Source: Pseudomonas aeruginosa PAO1 (lineage in GTDB: Bacteria; Pseudomonadota; Gammaproteobacteria; Pseudomonadales; Pseudomonadaceae). Taken from it: a DNA stretch of 64,000 nt. The translations under genes and the position numbers were made by a program. The notes under the pieces are model-generated. The model worked only from the letters and a program-made list of their open reading frames with translations, ran no database searches and was not told the origin of the DNA. Positions 18,858 to 31,082 of this stretch are shown in pieces (the first letter of the stretch is position 1; every line of letters starts with the position of its first letter). Location: the NCBI RefSeq assembly GCF_000006765.1, contig NC_002516.2. The stretch is one strand, 5' to 3'.

Positions 18858-21815
18858 ATGCCGCACCATGCTCCATCCACACGCCTGCCTTCCAGCCTGG
18901 CCCTGGCCGCGCTGCTCGCGGCGGCCTACGCCGCGCCGCCGGAGGCACGTGCGGAGACGCCCGCGCCCGCCGCCAAGGCGCTCACCTTCGACGTCGCCGC
19001 CGGCCCGCTGGACCAGGTGCTGCTGGGCATCTCGCGACAGAGCGGCTTGCTGATCTCCTTCGAGCAGTCGCTGGTGCGCGGCCGGCAGGCGCCGGCGGTG
19101 CGCGGTCCGCTGAGTGTCGACCAGGCCCTGGAACAGGCCCTGCGCGGTAGCGGCCTGCAGTTCCGCCGTTCCGAGCGCGGCGCGGTGATTTCCGCCGCGC
19201 CGCTGCGCGCGGCCGTACCGGCGGCGAAGGTGCAGCCGCTGGCGGCGAAAGCGGAGCAGACCCTGGAGCGGGTGGTGGTGACCGGCTCGCGGATTCCCCG
19301 CGCCCAGCAGGAAGGGCCGTCGCCGGTCACGGTGATCAGCAGCGAGGAAATCCAGAACCGTGGCTACCGCAACGTCTTCGAGGCCTTGCAGACGCAGACC
19401 CAGAACACCGGCATGACCCAGGGCGAGGACTACGGCAACACCTGGCAGCCGGCGGCCAACGCCCTCAACCTGCGCGATCTCGGCCCCAACCACACGCTGG
19501 TGCTGATCAACGGCCGGCGCGTCGCCGACTACCCGACCGCCTATGGCGGCTCGGTGAACTTCACCAACCTGGCGAACATCCCGGCGGTCATGATCGACCG
19601 CATCGAGATCCTCAGCGGCGGCGCCTCGGCGATCTACGGCTCGGATGCCATCGCCGGGGTGGTCAATATCGTCCTGAAGAAGAAATTCGATGGCGTCGAC
19701 GTCAACCTGCGCGCCGGCACCACCGAGCGCGGCGGCGGCGACAACCAGCGCCTGCAACTGGTCGGCGGCGGCGCGACGGGCGACTTCGAAGGCCTGTTCG
19801 GCCTGCAGGTCGAGCAGCGCCAGCCGGTCTGGGCCAACCAGCGCGGTTTCATGGACAGCTACCCGGACGGCAACAACGTCGGCTACCGGCTGAACCCGCA
19901 GAGCGGACGCTACCTCGGCGACGCCTCCTGCGCCGGCCTCGGCGGCCTGTTCGGCGGCAACGTGGCGCCGGTGCCGGGCGCCAGGGGGGGCTATCGCTGC
20001 ATGACCGACCAGTACTACAACAACTACTGGACCCTACAGACCAAGAAGGAAAACTACGACGGCTACGCCGGCGGCACCTGGCACCTGAGCGACAGCGGCA
20101 AGCTGTTCGCCGACCTGCTGTTCGGCTTCGACCACCTGCAGAACAATACCCGCGGGCCGTCCTTCACCTCGCCGGACTTCATCAATGCCTCCAGCGGCGA
20201 CCTGGAGCGCTGGTACCGGCTGTTCTCGCCCGAGGAGATCGGCGGCAAGAGCAGCAACAACAGCAAGTGGCGCGAGGTGTCCTGGACCGGCACCCTCGGC
20301 TACAGCGACCGCGTCGCCAATACTTCCTGGGAATACGAACTGGCCGCGACCCGCTCCGAGTACCGCAGCGACCGCACTACCCGCTACACCCCAGCGGCCG
20401 GGATCCTCGACCTGTACCTGGGCCGCAAGCTCGGCGAACGCGACGGCTACCCGGTCTACGATCCCGATCCGGCGCGCCTCGGACGTCCGCTGAGCGAGGA
20501 AGAGTGGCGCAGCCTGCGGCGCAACGTGACCCAGCACAGCGAGTCCTACTCGCAGACCTACAGCTTCACCGGCAACGGCGAGCTGTTCGACCTGCCGGCC
20601 GGCCCGGTGGCCTTCGCCGGCGTGCTGGAGGTGGGCAAGCAGGGCTACAGGATCCGTCCCGACTCGCAATACAACGACGGCTCTCTCTACAACGTCTCCA
20701 AGGCCAGCAGCTCCGGCGGCTCGCGCGACCGTTACGCCGCCGGCGGCGAATTCAGCATCCCGCTGCACGACACGCTGCTGGCGTCCGCCGCCGGCCGCTG
20801 GGACCAGTACAGGTTCAGCGGTCGCACCGAGGAGCAGACCACCTACAACCTGGGGCTGGAGTGGCGCCCGCTGACCAGCCTGCTGCTACGCGGCAGCTAC
20901 GGCACCAGCTTCCGCGCGCCGGACCTGAACTACATCTACCAGGCCGACGCCAACGGCTACTACCCGGCGCAGAAGGACTACTACGGTTGCGAGAAAGGCG
21001 TCGACGGCGCCTGCAAGAACGGCCGGGTCGACTACGTGCAGAGCGGCACGCCCGACCTGAAGTCCGAGCGCGGGCGCTACTGGAGCTACGGCTTCGTCTG
21101 GTCGCCGTCGAGCAGGTTCGACTTTTCCGCCGACTACTACCACATCCAGATCGATGACCTGCTGACCACCCTCGATCCGGACAAACTGCTGCGCGACGAG
21201 GCGGCCTGCCGCAGCGGCGGGCTCGATCCGGACTCGGCGCAGTGCCGCGACACCCTGGCGCGGGTCGAGCGCAACGCCGGCGACGCCAGCGTCGACCCGA
21301 ATCGCCTGAACAAGGTCTACGTCAATGCCATCAACGCGGCCAAGGAGCGCACCAGCGGCATCGACCTGCGCAGCAACATCCGCTGGGGCGCCGGCGACTA
21401 CGGCGCCTTCTCCTCGACCCTCGGCTACACCCTGGTGTTGTCCCACGACTACAAGCAGTCCGACGACTACCCCAGCGAGAACCAGCGCGACAGCCTCGAC
21501 TCCCACGACTGGCGCAGCAAACTCAACGCCAGCCTGACCTGGGACTACGCACAGTTCACCTCGACGCTCTTCGCGGTGCGCTACGGCAGCGTTACCAACG
21601 CCGCTGGCAGCGGGCGCCTGAGCCCGTGGACGGTGTTCAACGCCAGCGCCCGCTACCGGCTCAACGAACGCGCCAGCGTCGGCCTGACGGTGAACAACCT
21701 GCTCGACCAGATCAAGGAGGACGACTCCGATGGCTGGCCGTACTATCCCACCGGCAACTACGACGCCATGGGCCGCCAATGGTGGCTGGACTTCAGCTAT
21801 CACTTCGGTGGTTGA
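18858..21815 (+). CDS. sppR: TonB-dependent receptor with N-terminal signalling (STN) domain
   Basis: Signal peptide, STN-like FDVAAGPLDQVL...LEQALRGSGL, TonB box VVVTGSRI, plug motif GASAIYGSDAIAGVVNI and a C-terminal YHF. Upstream in-frame ATG at 18795. Name from recalled synteny. Confidence 0.88.
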   Translation: MPHHAPSTRLPSSLALAALLAAAYAAPPEARAETPAPAAKALTFDVAAGPLDQVLLGISRQSGLLISFEQSLVRGRQAPAVRGPLSVDQALEQALRGSGLQFRRSERGAVISAAPLRAAVPAAKVQPLAAKAEQTLERVVVTGSRIPRAQQEGPSPVTVISSEEIQNRGYRNVFEALQTQTQNTGMTQGEDYGNTWQPAANALNLRDLGPNHTLVLINGRRVADYPTAYGGSVNFTNLANIPAVMIDRIEILSGGASAIYGSDAIAGVVNIVLKKKFDGVDVNLRAGTTERGGGDNQRLQLVGGGATGDFEGLFGLQVEQRQPVWANQRGFMDSYPDGNNVGYRLNPQSGRYLGDASCAGLGGLFGGNVAPVPGARGGYRCMTDQYYNNYWTLQTKKENYDGYAGGTWHLSDSGKLFADLLFGFDHLQNNTRGPSFTSPDFINASSGDLERWYRLFSPEEIGGKSSNNSKWREVSWTGTLGYSDRVANTSWEYELAATRSEYRSDRTTRYTPAAGILDLYLGRKLGERDGYPVYDPDPARLGRPLSEEEWRSLRRNVTQHSESYSQTYSFTGNGELFDLPAGPVAFAGVLEVGKQGYRIRPDSQYNDGSLYNVSKASSSGGSRDRYAAGGEFSIPLHDTLLASAAGRWDQYRFSGRTEEQTTYNLGLEWRPLTSLLLRGSYGTSFRAPDLNYIYQADANGYYPAQKDYYGCEKGVDGACKNGRVDYVQSGTPDLKSERGRYWSYGFVWSPSSRFDFSADYYHIQIDDLLTTLDPDKLLRDEAACRSGGLDPDSAQCRDTLARVERNAGDASVDPNRLNKVYVNAINAAKERTSGIDLRSNIRWGAGDYGAFSSTLGYTLVLSHDYKQSDDYPSENQRDSLDSHDWRSKLNASLTWDYAQFTSTLFAVRYGSVTNAAGSGRLSPWTVFNASARYRLNERASVGLTVNNLLDQIKEDDSDGWPYYPTGNYDAMGRQWWLDFSYHFGG

Positions 21816-21818
21816 GCC

Positions 21819-23627
21819 ATGCCCGGACGCATCCTGGTCTTCGCCTGCTGCCTGCTCGCCAGCCTGGCCCGCAGCGAGCCGCGCCATGCCATCACGCTCT
21901 ACGACGAGCCGGCGAAATATCCGCCGGGTTTCCAGCACTTCGACTTCGTCGACCCGCAGGCGCCCAAGGGCGGCAGCCTGCGGCGGATGGAAAGCGGCAG
22001 CTTCGACACGCTGAACCCCTTCGCCAACCGCGGCACGCCGATCAGCATGACCCAGGCCGCGCTGATCTACGAAACCCTCGGCTTCCAGTCACTGGACGAG
22101 CCGTTCACCGAATACGGCTACCTGGCGCGCTACATCGAGAAAGCCCCGGACAACAGCTGGGTGCGTTTCCATATCGATCCGCGGGCGCGCTTCAGCGACG
22201 GCGTGGCGGTCACCGCCGAGGACGTGAAGTTTTCCTTCGATAGCCTGGTCGAGCAGGGCAGCCCGTTCTGGCGCGCCTACTACAAGGAGGTCCGCGAGCC
22301 GGTGGTGGAGGATCGCCTGCGCATCCGCTTCGATTTCCGTCATGCCGGCAACCGCGAGCTGCCGCTGGTGCTGGCCCAGCTCTACGTGCTGCCCAGGCAT
22401 TGGTGGCAGGGACGCGACTTCAACCGCAGCAGCATGCAGCCGCCGCTGGGCAGCGGACCTTACCGGCTGGAGAAGGCCGAGGCGGGGCGTTCGGTGAGCT
22501 ACCGGCGCAACCCCGACTGGTGGGCTCGCGACCTGCCGGTCGGGCGTGGCCTGTACAACTTCGAGCGGATCCGTTTCGACTACTACCGCGACAGCGGCGT
22601 GGCCTTGCAGGCGTTCAAGGCCGGGCAGGCCGACATCAATGTCGAGACCAGCGTCAAGGCCTGGAGCAGCGGCTACGACTCGCCGGCCCTGCGCGATGGC
22701 CGGTTGCGCCAGGAGAGCTTTCCCTACCCGTACCCGGCCAGCCTCCAGGGCCTGGTGTTCAACCTGCGCCGGCCGCTGTTCGAGGACCGCCGGGTACGCC
22801 AGGCGCTGAGCCTGTTGTTCGACTTCGAATGGACCAACCGGCAGCTCTTCGGCGGTCGCTACAAGCGCCTGCGCAGCTATTTCGACAACTCGGAGATGGC
22901 CGCTCGCGGCCTGCCCGGCGCCGACGAACTGGCCTTGCTGGAGCCGCTGCGCGGGCAGATCCCCGAGGAGGTCTTCGGCCAGGCCTACGCTCCGCCGGTG
23001 AACGACGGCAGCGGCGATATCCACGAGCGCCTGGTGCAGGCCTACCGCCTGCTCGGCGAGGCCGGCTGGCATGCCGTCGACGGGCGCCTGCTGGATACCG
23101 CCGGACGGCCGCTGCGCTTCGACCTCCTGCTCCAGGGCAAGAGCCTGGAGCGCGCGCTGCTGCCGTTCCAGCGCAACCTGGCGCGGATCGGCATCGATAT
23201 GCGCCTGCGCCAGGTGGACGCTTCGCAATACATCGAGCGCATACGTGCGCGGGACTACGACATGATCGTTTCGAGCTTCTCCCAGTCCAATTCGCCGGGC
23301 AACGAGCAGTACAGCTTCTGGCATTCCTCCAGCTACGCCGATCCCGGCGGCTACAACCGCATCGGCCTGAAGGACCCGGCCATCGACCGGCTGGTCCAGG
23401 CGGTGGTCGAGGCCGACTCGCGGGCCGCCCTGGAAACCGCCGTGCGCGCCCTCGACCGGGTGCTGCAATGGGGCTACTACCTGATCCCGACCTGGTATTC
23501 CGACGAGGTCTGGATCGCCAGCTGGAATCGCTTCGGCCGACCGCCGCAGGCGCCGCGCTACAGCCTGGGGCTGAACACCTGGTGGGAAGTCCGCGAGCGG
23601 GCCGCGCCGAGCCGGGAGGCGCAGTGA
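21819..23627 (+). CDS. sppA: ABC transporter solute-binding protein (YejA-like, family 5)
   Basis: Motifs [20 protein letters not shown] and PPLGSGPY. Confidence 0.88.
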   Translation: MPGRILVFACCLLASLARSEPRHAITLYDEPAKYPPGFQHFDFVDPQAPKGGSLRRMESGSFDTLNPFANRGTPISMTQAALIYETLGFQSLDEPFTEYGYLARYIEKAPDNSWVRFHIDPRARFSDGVAVTAEDVKFSFDSLVEQGSPFWRAYYKEVREPVVEDRLRIRFDFRHAGNRELPLVLAQLYVLPRHWWQGRDFNRSSMQPPLGSGPYRLEKAEAGRSVSYRRNPDWWARDLPVGRGLYNFERIRFDYYRDSGVALQAFKAGQADINVETSVKAWSSGYDSPALRDGRLRQESFPYPYPASLQGLVFNLRRPLFEDRRVRQALSLLFDFEWTNRQLFGGRYKRLRSYFDNSEMAARGLPGADELALLEPLRGQIPEEVFGQAYAPPVNDGSGDIHERLVQAYRLLGEAGWHAVDGRLLDTAGRPLRFDLLLQGKSLERALLPFQRNLARIGIDMRLRQVDASQYIERIRARDYDMIVSSFSQSNSPGNEQYSFWHSSSYADPGGYNRIGLKDPAIDRLVQAVVEADSRAALETAVRALDRVLQWGYYLIPTWYSDEVWIASWNRFGRPPQAPRYSLGLNTWWEVRERAAPSREAQ

Positions 23628-23628
23628 C

Positions 23629-24702
23629 ATGGGCGGCTACCTGTTGCGCCGCCTGGCGCTGATCCTGCCGACCCTGCTGGGCATCCTGCTGATCAACTTC
23701 GCCATCGTCCAGGCCGCACCCGGCGGGCCGGTGGATCAGGCCATCGCGCGCCTGCAGGGCGTCGACGGCGGCGGCCCGCTGGGGCGTGGCGGGGAGGGTG
23801 GGCATGGCGCTCTGGAACCGCAGCGCCACGGCGAGACCGGCATCGATCCGCAGCTGGTGGCCGCCCTGGAGCGCCAGTACGGCTTCGACAAGCCGCCGCT
23901 GCAACGGCTCTGGCTGATGCTGTCGAGCTACGCCCGGCTGGATTTCGGCGAGAGCTTCTACCGCGACGCGCGGGTCATCGACCTGATCGCCGAGAAGCTG
24001 CCGGTCTCGCTGTCCCTGGGCTTGTGGGCGACACTGATCACCTACCTGGTGTCGATTCCCCTGGGGGTGGCCAAGGCGGTGCGCCACGGCAGCGCCTTCG
24101 ACCTGTGGAGCAGCGCGCTGGTGGTGATCGGCTATGCGGTGCCCGGCTTCCTCTTCGCCATCGTCCTGATCGTGCTGTTCGCCGGCGGCAGCTACCTGGA
24201 CTGGTTCCCCCTGCGCGGCCTGGCTTCCGAGGGCGCCGAGCGCCTCGGCCCGCTGGCGCGCTTCGCCGATTACCTCTGGCACCTGGCGCTGCCGGTGGGT
24301 TCGCTGGTGGTCGGCGGTTTCGCCAGCCTGACCCTGCTGACCAAGAACAGCTTCCTCGACGAGATATCCAGGCAGTACGTCGCCACCGCTCGCGCCAAAG
24401 GGCTCAGCGAGCGCCGGGTGCTCTACGGCCATGTGTTCCGCAACGCCATGTTGCTGGTGGTGGCCGGGCTGCCGGCGGCGCTGGTCTCGGTGTTCTTCAC
24501 CGGGTCGCTGCTGATCGAGGTGCTGTTCTCCCTCGACGGCCTCGGCCTGATGGGCTACGAAGCGGCGCTCGGCCGCGACTACCCGGTGGTGTTCGGCAGC
24601 CTGTTCATCTTCACCCTGCTCGGGTTGCTGGTGAAGCTGGCCGGCGACCTGGCCTACAGCCTGGTCGACCCGCGCATCGACTTCGCCGCGAGGAGACAGT
24701 GA
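23629..24702 (+). CDS. sppB: ABC permease (YejB-like)
   Basis: Motifs [34 protein letters not shown] and YSLVDPRI. Confidence 0.9.
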   Translation: MGGYLLRRLALILPTLLGILLINFAIVQAAPGGPVDQAIARLQGVDGGGPLGRGGEGGHGALEPQRHGETGIDPQLVAALERQYGFDKPPLQRLWLMLSSYARLDFGESFYRDARVIDLIAEKLPVSLSLGLWATLITYLVSIPLGVAKAVRHGSAFDLWSSALVVIGYAVPGFLFAIVLIVLFAGGSYLDWFPLRGLASEGAERLGPLARFADYLWHLALPVGSLVVGGFASLTLLTKNSFLDEISRQYVATARAKGLSERRVLYGHVFRNAMLLVVAGLPAALVSVFFTGSLLIEVLFSLDGLGLMGYEAALGRDYPVVFGSLFIFTLLGLLVKLAGDLAYSLVDPRIDFAARRQ

Positions 24703-24703
24703 G

Positions 24704-25720
24704 ATGGCCATCGTCCTTTCCCCGCTGCACCGCCGCCGCCTCGCCGCGTTCCGCGCCAACCGCCGCGGGCGCCTGGCGCTGCGGCTGTTCCTCGCGCTGT
24801 TCGTCACCTGCCTGTTCGCCGAGCTGATCGCCAACGACCGCCCGCTGCTGCTGGAATACCGTGGCCAGTGGTTCCTGCCGGTGCTGCGGGACTATCCGGA
24901 AACCGCCTTCGGCGGCGAGCTGCCGTTCCCGCCGGACTACCGCGGCCGCTTCATGAGCGAACGCATCGCCCGCGACGGCTGGGCGCTGTGGCCGCCGATC
25001 CGCTTCGACGCGCGCAGCATCAACTACGCGCGCCCGGCGCCGGCGCCGCCCTCGGCGGAGAACTGGCTGGGCACCGACGACCAGGGCCGCGACGTGCTCG
25101 CGCGGGTGATCTACGGCCTGCGCCTGTCGATCCTCTTCGCCCTCGGCTTGACCCTGGCCTCGTCGTTGCTGGGAATCTGCGCAGGCGCGGTGCAGGGCTA
25201 CTACGGCGGCTGGATCGACCTGTTCGGCCAGCGCTTCATCGAGGTCTGGTCGGGTCTGCCGATGCTTTACCTGCTGATCATCCTCGCCAGCCTGGTGCAG
25301 CCCGGGGTCGGCTGGCTGCTGGCGATCATGCTGCTGTTCTCCTGGACCAGCCTGGTCGACGTGGTTCGCGCCGAGTTCCTGCGCGGTCGTCACCTGGAGT
25401 ACGTCAAGGCGGCGCGGACCCTCGGCCTCGGCGACGCCGGGGTGATGTTCCGGCACATCCTGCCCAACGCCATGGTCGCGACCCTGACCTTCCTGCCGTT
25501 CCTGCTCTGTGGCGCGGTGACCACCCTGACCGCCCTCGACTTCCTCGGTTTCGGCCTGCCGCCCGGCTCGCCGAGCCTTGGCGAACTGGTCGGGCAGGGC
25601 CGCGACAACCTCCAGGCGCCCTGGCTCGGGCTGACCGTGTTCGTGGTCCTGGCGACCTTGCTCAGCCTGCTGGTGTTCATCGGCGAAGCGGTGCGCGACG
25701 CCTTCGATCCGAGGACATGA
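24704..25720 (+). CDS. sppC: ABC permease (YejE-like)
   Basis: Motifs WLGTDDQGRDV, RHILPNA and GEAVRDAFDPR. Confidence 0.9.
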   Translation: MAIVLSPLHRRRLAAFRANRRGRLALRLFLALFVTCLFAELIANDRPLLLEYRGQWFLPVLRDYPETAFGGELPFPPDYRGRFMSERIARDGWALWPPIRFDARSINYARPAPAPPSAENWLGTDDQGRDVLARVIYGLRLSILFALGLTLASSLLGICAGAVQGYYGGWIDLFGQRFIEVWSGLPMLYLLIILASLVQPGVGWLLAIMLLFSWTSLVDVVRAEFLRGRHLEYVKAARTLGLGDAGVMFRHILPNAMVATLTFLPFLLCGAVTTLTALDFLGFGLPPGSPSLGELVGQGRDNLQAPWLGLTVFVVLATLLSLLVFIGEAVRDAFDPRT

Positions 25721-25721
25721 G

Positions 25722-27332
<1,611 letters not shown>

Positions 27333-27477
27333 GGCGGGAAACCATGCTGACTCTAAGGATGTTCCGAAAGGTTCTTTCCAGACGCCCCGGCGCTTTTCTT
27401 AAGATCGGCCTGCGGGCCCGTCAGGGACAAGGAGCCATGTCGGCTTCCGGGTCCGTCCGATCGATTGGGGGAATGCG

Positions 27478-28659
27478 ATGAGTTCGTTACCGTTGTACTT
27501 CGATTACGCCGCCACCACGCCCGTGGACGAGCGCGTGATCCGGGCCATGGTGGAGTGTCTCGGCTACCAGGCGTGTTTTGGCAATCCCGCGTCGAATTCC
27601 CATGCCTACGGCCGCCAGGCGCGGCGGGCAGTGGAGCGGGCCAGGGAGCAGGTGGCCGCGCTGGTCGGCGCCAGCGCCGGGCAGATCGTCTGGACTTCCG
27701 GCGCCACCGAATCCAACAACCTGGCCCTCAAGGGCGTGGCCCAGGCGCTGGACGCACCCGGCCACCTGATCACCAGTCGCCTGGAGCACAAGGCGGTGCT
27801 GGACACCGTGCAGCAACTCGCCGATGACGGCTGGAGCGTGACCTGGCTGGCGCCCGGCACCGATGGCCTGATCCGGCCGGAACAGGTGGAGGCGGCCTGG
27901 CGCGCCGATACCCGCCTGGTGTCGCTGATGCGGGTCAACAACGAACTCGGCACCCTGACCGACATCGCCGCCATCGGCGAACGGGTGCGCGAGCGCGGCG
28001 CGCTGTTCCACGTCGACGCGGCGCAGGCCAGCGGCAAGGTGGCGATCGACCTGGGCCGCCTGGCGGTGGACCTGATGTCGTTCTCCGCACACAAGACCTA
28101 CGGGCCCAAGGGCATCGGCGCGTTGTACGTCGGGCCGCGCGCCGAGCGGCGGCTGAAGGCGCAGATCCACGGCGGCGGACACGAGCAGGGCCTGCGTTCC
28201 GGGACCCTGGCGACCCACCAGATCGTCGGTATGGGCGAGGCCTTCGCCCTCGCCGGCGAGCTTTTCGAGGAGGAGGGCAGGCGCATCGCCGGACTCCAGC
28301 GGCGTCTGCTGGAGGGGCTGGCGCAGATCGACGGCTGGCGCCTGAACGGCAGCGCCGACGCACGCATCGCGCATACCCTGAACCTGACCTTCGACAACCC
28401 GGCCTTTGTCCCCCAGGCACTGGAGTCCAGCCTGGCGGTGTCCAGCACCTCGGCCTGCAACTCGGCGCGGCCGGCGCCGTCCCACGTGCTTCTCGCCCTC
28501 GGCCACGATGCCGCCAGCGCTGGCCGCAGCGTGCGCCTGAGCCTCGGTCGCTACACCCGCGAGGCCGACGTCGACGCGGCGGTGGCCGCCCTCAAGGCCG
28601 CGGCGGATAGTGGCGCGCCGGCGTGGCAGCCGTTCCTCGGGGTATCCAGGGCAGGCTGA
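27478..28659 (+). CDS. IscS/NifS-like PLP-dependent cysteine desulfurase, 393 aa
   Basis: Motifs [20 protein letters not shown] (PLP Lys) and SSTSACNS (catalytic Cys). Confidence 0.9.
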   Translation: MSSLPLYFDYAATTPVDERVIRAMVECLGYQACFGNPASNSHAYGRQARRAVERAREQVAALVGASAGQIVWTSGATESNNLALKGVAQALDAPGHLITSRLEHKAVLDTVQQLADDGWSVTWLAPGTDGLIRPEQVEAAWRADTRLVSLMRVNNELGTLTDIAAIGERVRERGALFHVDAAQASGKVAIDLGRLAVDLMSFSAHKTYGPKGIGALYVGPRAERRLKAQIHGGGHEQGLRSGTLATHQIVGMGEAFALAGELFEEEGRRIAGLQRRLLEGLAQIDGWRLNGSADARIAHTLNLTFDNPAFVPQALESSLAVSSTSACNSARPAPSHVLLALGHDAASAGRSVRLSLGRYTREADVDAAVAALKAAADSGAPAWQPFLGVSRAG

Positions 28660-28697
28660 GCGGCCGGCTCGACCCGCCCTCGCCGAAGCCAGGGGCT

Positions 28698-28727
28698 GCG
28701 GATAACCGCGAAGCGGTTATTCGCCCT
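28698..28727. repeat. Single REP element
   Basis: GCGGATAACCGC-GAA-GCGGTTATTCGC-CCT, same family as the 18.6-kb copies. Confidence 0.72.
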
Positions 28728-28861
28728 GCGGCTCCAGGGGCTTTTCGTCTTTGCCGCCATTTCCCGGCAATGTGCGCTTGGCGGATCATCCAGGTTGGGT
28801 ATCATGCGTCGCCATTCCCATCCACCGCCGACGGAAGTCAGGCTTTGCCTGCGTGAGCCCA

Positions 28862-30085
28862 ATGGACGATCTCTCCCCCGATTCCGCCTTGCCGCCTGCC
28901 GGCAGCGCCCAGGACAACGACGCGCCGCGCCAGTTGGTGGTCTGCATCGACGGAACCTCGAACCGCTTCGGCGACCAGCCGACCAACGTGGTGCGCCTGT
29001 ACCGCTCGCTGTCGCGCGATCCGCGCAGGGTGCTGGCCTACTACGACCAGGGCGTCGGCACCTTCGGCCTGAAGGAAACCCTGTTCGAGTGGCAGAAGTT
29101 TCCCTCGCGGATCGCCGGCCTGGCCTTCGGCTGGGGGCTCAAGCGCAACGTCGAGGGCGCCTATCGCTTCCTCGCCGAGCACTACCGGCCCGGCGACCAG
29201 ATATTCCTCTTCGGCTTTTCCCGCGGGGCCTACGCGGTGCGCGTGCTGGCCGCGATGCTGCGCGCGGTGGGCCTGATCGATGCGCACCAGCCGCACCTCT
29301 TCGACTACGCCTGGACCCTGCTCACCACCCGCATGCCGCCCCGCGACGAAGACAAGCGGGCCGGCACGCGTCGCCGCGGACCGGACTTCGGCCTGCTGGG
29401 ACGCTTCCGCAAGGTCTTCGGCCGGCAGGTGAAGGTGCACTTCCTCGGCCTGTTCGACACCGTGACCTCGGTGGGCTGGGTCTACGACCCGCTGACCGTG
29501 CCGTATTCCTCGAACAACGAAATGGTCGACGTGGTCCGCCAGGCCCTGGCCATCGACGAATGCCGCTGCTTCTTCCGGCAGAACCTCTGGTTCGGCGAGA
29601 AGGACCGCAAGTCCGACGTGTTGCAGGTGTGGTTCCCCGGCATGCACTCCGATGTCGGCGGTGGCTATGCGCCGAAGGACTCGCGGCTGGCTCTGGTGGC
29701 CTTTACCTGGATGCTCGGCGAGGCGCTGGAGGCCGGCCTGCATGTCGACCCGGCGCGCAGCCGCGACCAGTTGCGCGCACGTTCGAAGCAGGGCCCGGAC
29801 CCGACCGCGCCGATCCTGCCGGTGATGACCCGGCCCTGGCGCCTGGCCGAGTGGCTGCCGCTGCTGGTCTGGGACCGCCGCAGCGGCAACCGCGCCTGGC
29901 GCTGGTCGCGTGGCCGGCCGCGCTCGCGGCCGCTGGAACCGGTCGGGCAGGAAACCCGGGTCAAGCTGCACCGTTCGGTGCAGCGGCGGCTGGACGAATG
30001 CCCCGACTACCGGCCGTGCAACCTGCCAGCGCTGGAACGCTGCGACCTCATCGACGATTCGCCGTTGCTTGACGGCTACCGCTAG
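28862..30085 (+). CDS. DUF2235 (Tle1-like alpha/beta hydrolase, phospholipase-type) protein, 407 aa
   Basis: Motifs CIDGTSN, YYDQGVGT, GFSRG (GxSxG), FLGLFDTV and WFPGMHSDVGGG. Confidence 0.87.
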   Translation: MDDLSPDSALPPAGSAQDNDAPRQLVVCIDGTSNRFGDQPTNVVRLYRSLSRDPRRVLAYYDQGVGTFGLKETLFEWQKFPSRIAGLAFGWGLKRNVEGAYRFLAEHYRPGDQIFLFGFSRGAYAVRVLAAMLRAVGLIDAHQPHLFDYAWTLLTTRMPPRDEDKRAGTRRRGPDFGLLGRFRKVFGRQVKVHFLGLFDTVTSVGWVYDPLTVPYSSNNEMVDVVRQALAIDECRCFFRQNLWFGEKDRKSDVLQVWFPGMHSDVGGGYAPKDSRLALVAFTWMLGEALEAGLHVDPARSRDQLRARSKQGPDPTAPILPVMTRPWRLAEWLPLLVWDRRSGNRAWRWSRGRPRSRPLEPVGQETRVKLHRSVQRRLDECPDYRPCNLPALERCDLIDDSPLLDGYR

Positions 30086-30104
30086 CGGCTGGCCGCGATC
30101 GCGT

Positions 30105-31082
30105 TCAGAACCACATGCGGATACCGGCGACGAAGCGCGCCTCGTCGTCGTCCTCGCCCTCGGCGCGGGCCAGGTCGGCGCTGTTGCCGTAGGAGCGGTT
30201 CCAGGTCACCCCGATGTAGGGCGCGAACTCGCGACGGATCTCATAGCGCAGGCGCAGGCCCAGCTCGCTATCGGCAAGGCCCGAACCGATGCCGCGGGCG
30301 GGATCGTTCCTGCCGTACAGGTTGACCTCGGCGCTGGGCTGGAGGATCAGCCGGTTGGTCAACAGGATGTCGTACTCGCCCTCCAGGCGCAGCGCGCTCT
30401 GGCCGTTCTCGCCGAGGAAGGCGGTGACTTCCGCCTCGAAGTCGTAGAGCGCCAGGCCCTGCACGCCGAACGCCGCCCAGGTCTGCGGCGAGCCGGGCTT
30501 GAAATCCTGGCGCACGCCGGCGACCAGGTCCCACCAGGGACCGATGGCGTGCCCGAACAGCGCCTGGACCTCGGCGTCCTCGGTCTTGCCGTCGAGCCGT
30601 TCGCCTTCGCTGCGCAGCCACAGGCGGTTGATGTCGCCGCCGATCCAGCCGCTGGCGTCCCAGGCCAGCGCGCTGCCGTCGTCGGCGTCCTGGTATTCCA
30701 ACTGGTCGAGCAGGAAGAAGCTGTTCAGCGCGCTGTCGTGCACCTTGTGCCCCTCCAGCGGCGGAAAGGCGGCACGGCGGTCGGCCTCGGTCGGCACCGG
30801 GATCGGCGTACGGCTCTGGCTGGACGCGGCCTGCGCCGGAGGTTGCCGCGCAGCGTGGCTCATCCCCGGCATCCGGCCATGGTCCATTCCCCGGTGCTCC
30901 ATGGGCTGTGCCGGGGCGGGCGATGCGGCGCCGTGGTCCATGCCAGGCATCGCGCCGTGGTCCATGGCCGAGTGCTCCATGCCATTGTCCTGCGCGGCCT
31001 CGACGGGATTCGGCAGGCCCAGCAGCAGACCCAGGGCGAGGGCACCGCCGGCCAGGCGGGCGGGTTTCGGCTGGCGGCTCAT
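30105..31082 (-). CDS. pcoB: Copper resistance outer-membrane protein B, 325 aa
   Basis: His/Met-rich N-terminus followed by a CopB barrel ([29 protein letters not shown]). Confidence 0.93.
   Translation of the reverse strand: MSRQPKPARLAGGALALGLLLGLPNPVEAAQDNGMEHSAMDHGAMPGMDHGAASPAPAQPMEHRGMDHGRMPGMSHAARQPPAQAASSQSRTPIPVPTEADRRAAFPPLEGHKVHDSALNSFFLLDQLEYQDADDGSALAWDASGWIGGDINRLWLRSEGERLDGKTEDAEVQALFGHAIGPWWDLVAGVRQDFKPGSPQTWAAFGVQGLALYDFEAEVTAFLGENGQSALRLEGEYDILLTNRLILQPSAEVNLYGRNDPARGIGSGLADSELGLRLRYEIRREFAPYIGVTWNRSYGNSADLARAEGEDDDEARFVAGIRMWF

Noticed and set aside
27344-27481. 45-aa (or 14-aa from 27437) ORF coupled to the desulfurase start
   Set aside because: The SD spacing is poor, the desulfurase has its own SD, and there is no family resemblance. 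Mentioned only as context.
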